Assembly (NCBI GenBank): GCA_951406725.2
Contig: OX597833.1
Coordinates: forward strand, 60,016,001 to 60,080,000
Reading direction: 5' to 3'
From: Octopus vulgaris
Taxonomy: Eukaryota
Length of the DNA stretch: 64,000 nucleotides
Numbering within the stretch: position 1 is the stretch's first letter; the number at the start of each line of letters is the position of its first letter. The notes beneath the pieces were generated by a model that was not told the DNA's origin, ran no database searches, and saw nothing but the letters and a program-made list of their open reading frames with translations. Of this stretch, positions 61,409 through 64,000 are shown one piece after another. The position numbers were made by a program, and so were the translations under genes.

Positions 61409-62805
61409 TTCAGGTCATCCCATAAATAATATCTGAAATAACATGATTTCTATCACATTTTACAAGATTCTAAAATGTCAAAAGGTACTGACTAATACTC
61501 ACATGTGGAGGCGCAATGGCCCAGTGATTAGGGCAGCGGACTCGCGGTTTCGATTCCCAGACCGGGCGTTGTGAGTGTTTATTGAGCGAAAACACCTAAA
61601 AGCTCCACGAGGCTCCGGCAGGGGAGGGTGGTGATCCCTGCTGTACTCTTTCACCACAACTTTCTCTCACTCTTACTTCCTGTTTCTGTTGTACCTGTAT
61701 TTCAAAGGGCCAGCCTTGTCACTCTCTGTGTCATGCTGAATATCCCCGAGAACTACGTTAAGGGTACACGTGTCTGTGGAGTGCTCAGCCACTTACACGT
61801 TAATTTCACGAGCAGGCTGTTCCGTTGATTCGGATCAACCGGAACTCTCGTCGTCGTAACCGACGGAGTCCTTCCACAATACTCACATGAATTTGCAAAC
61901 CTTTAACTTAATAAAATTTCTTTTTACAGAATAATCTGACTGAATTAATTACTAATGTCAATCCCGTCAAAGATGGATGTATCAAAGGAGCATTTAAGGC
62001 ACATAATGCTTTATGAGTTCAAAAACGGAAACAGGGCAGCAGAAGCAACCGGAACTCTCCATTCTGTTTACAGGGAAGAGTGCTTGAATGAAAGAAGTTG
62101 CAGAAGATGGTTTGCAAAGTTCAAAAGTGGTGGTTTTAGCTTAAAAGACAGAGGCCACGAATAGGATACCCTGTTGAATTTGATGATTAGCTTCTTATGT
62201 CAGAGCTTGCAAAGGATTATGTTGTGTCAAATGAAGAATTAGCAAGCAAGTTATTCAAGTAAATGTTCACCACCATCTTCAACAGCTTGGAAAGTTGCCC
62301 AAACTCAGAGAATGGGTTTCCCATGATATGACAGTAACCAACTGAAAAATCACAAGCAGACATCTAGTCATCTCTTCACCTCACCATTTTTGGACAGATA
62401 ATGAAACTGATAATGAAAAAAATGGATTTTTTATGAAAATATTAAGTAATGCAGGCAATGGCTTAGTTGTGAAACCACAATCCAACGAGGACTTCCATGC
62501 AAAAATGGTTCTTCTTTCCATTTGGTGGGATTGTATTGGAGTCATCCACTTTGAACTTGCAAAAATTACTGCTCACACCTATTGCCAACAATTAGAGCAT
62601 TTGGATGCTGCTTTGAAGACAAAATGACCAGCTTTGGCAAAATTGTAAGGGAGCAATGTGTCATCATGATAATGCAATGCCCCACACTGCAAAGATTACA
62701 TCATAAAAAAATTGAAGAATTTGGCTGGGGAAAAAATCCCTCACCAGCCTTATTCCCCAGACCTCGCTCCTGATCACCATTTGTTTCGACATTTACAGAA
62801 CCATT
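61409..62805 (+). pseudogene. Decayed mariner transposon
   Basis: KEHLRHIMLYEFKNG..WFAKFKSG HTH; KMVLLSIWWDCIGVIHFEL; HDNA- and PYSPDLAP-like motifs; frameshifted; TIR-like TCAGGTCATCCCATAAATAAT near 61409. Confidence 0.85.
61505..61877 (+). mobile_element. SINE family A inserted into the 5' region of a mariner
   Basis: TSD AATACTCACATG at 61494-61505 and 61878-61889. Confidence 0.88.
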
Positions 62806-63066
62806 TGGTAGATGGAAACTGAAAGAAGCCCGTCTTATATATGTATGTGTGTGTATATATCTTTGTGTGTCTGTGTTTGTCCCCCCCCAACATCGCTTGG
62901 CAACCGATGCTGGTGTGTTTACGTCCCCGTCACTTTGTGGTTCGGCAAAAAAGACCGATAGAATAAGTACTGGGCTTAGAAAGAATAAGTCCTGGAGTCG
63001 ATTTGTTCAACTACAGGCGGTGCTCCAGCATGGCCGCAGTCAAATGACTGAAACAAGTAAAAGAAT
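62806..63066 (+). mobile_element. SINE family C, 5'-truncated, abutting the mariner
   Basis: Starts at GGTAGATGGAAACTGAAAG. Confidence 0.8.
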
Positions 63067-63100
63067 ATATACATATGCAGGTATAAAATAGGGTCATAGT

Positions 63101-63408
63101 GAAGGTACATGGCTCAGTGGTTAGAGCATCAGGCTCACAATCATGAGACAGTAAGTTCAATTCCTGGACCAGGCTGTGTGTTGTGTGTTCTTGAGCAAGA
63201 CACTTTATTTCACATTGCTCCAGTTCATTCCTCTGTAGAAATGAGTTGCAGCATCACTGGTGCCAAGCTGTATCAGCCTTTGCTTTGGATAACATCGGTG
63301 GCATGGAGATGCAAGTCGGTTATGCATGAGCAACTGCTGGTCTTCCATGAACAACCTTAGCCAGACTTGTGCCTCGGAGGGGAACTTTCTAGGTGCAATC
63401 CCATGTCA
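63101..63408 (+). mobile_element. SINE family E, 3'-truncated, joined to a CR1 fragment
   Basis: Homologous to 42750-43060. Confidence 0.8.
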
Positions 63409-63410
63409 TA

Positions 63411-64000
63411 CATTTTTTCACGCTGAGAGTTGCTGAAGCATGGAACAAACTGCCGGCATCAGTTGTTAGTTGTCGGAGCACTGCATCCTTCAAAACTTCC
63501 ATGCTTTCTGAGATTCGCCAACACTACACCCGATTGATAAACTCTGAGCACCTTTTCAAACTCCACCCGTCTAACACCCGTGGACATATTTACAAAGTCA
63601 GAAAACAGCACAGCTCCCATGACTTTTGGAAACATTTTTTCACGCTAAGAGTTGCTGAAGCATGGAACAAACTGCCGGCATCAGTTGTTAGTTGTCGGAG
63701 CACTGCATCCTTCAAAACTTCCATGCTTTCTGAGATTCGCCAACACTACACCCGATTGATAAACTCTGAGCACCTTTTCAAACTCCACCCGTCTAACACC
63801 CGTGGACATATTTACAAAGTCAGAAAACAGCACAGCTCCCATGACTTTTGGAAACATTTTTTCACGCTAAGAGTTGCTGAAGCATGGAACAAACTGCCGG
63901 CATCAGTTGTTAGTTGTCGGAGCACTGCATCCTTCAAAACTTCCATGCTTTCTGAGATTCGCCAACACTACACCTGATTTTCTCCCCTCCATACACACAC
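63411..64000 (+). mobile_element. CR1 3' fragment in 222-bp tandem copies
   Basis: Unit starts at 63411, 63633 and 63855. Confidence 0.9.

Overview
Eukaryotic, AT-rich, microsatellite- and SINE-dense genomic DNA. The repeat repertoire looks like Octopus/cephalopod DNA (inference). The window holds most of one large + strand gene encoding a PX-SH3-RhoGAP protein of the ARHGAP32/ARHGAP33/CdGAPr family. I reconstructed 16 phase-consistent GT-AG coding exons from 3277 to the stop at 56055 (7356 nt, 2451 aa plus stop); the start codon lies upstream of the window or was not found. The last coding exon is about 5.3 kb, disordered, and carries 13-aa and 7-aa tandem repeats. There is also a candidate 99-nt cassette exon with a GC donor. 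Introns are filled with at least five SINE families, piggyBac- and hAT-like MITEs, Helitrons, and decayed mariner, CR1, RTE, Tx1-like and Penelope-like fragments. The most notable non-gene signals are Penelope-type type I hammerhead ribozyme motifs inside fold-back inverted repeats (28339-28664, 24914-25222), a 65-bp segment shared between two introns 24.4 kb apart, a 77-bp target-site duplication, a SINE sharing its tail with a Tx1-like LINE, and a dense ACTAAY (QKI-type) cluster in the last intron. Most short ORFs in the supplied track are repeat artefacts. Repeat boundaries were read by eye and are approximate; no database searches were run.
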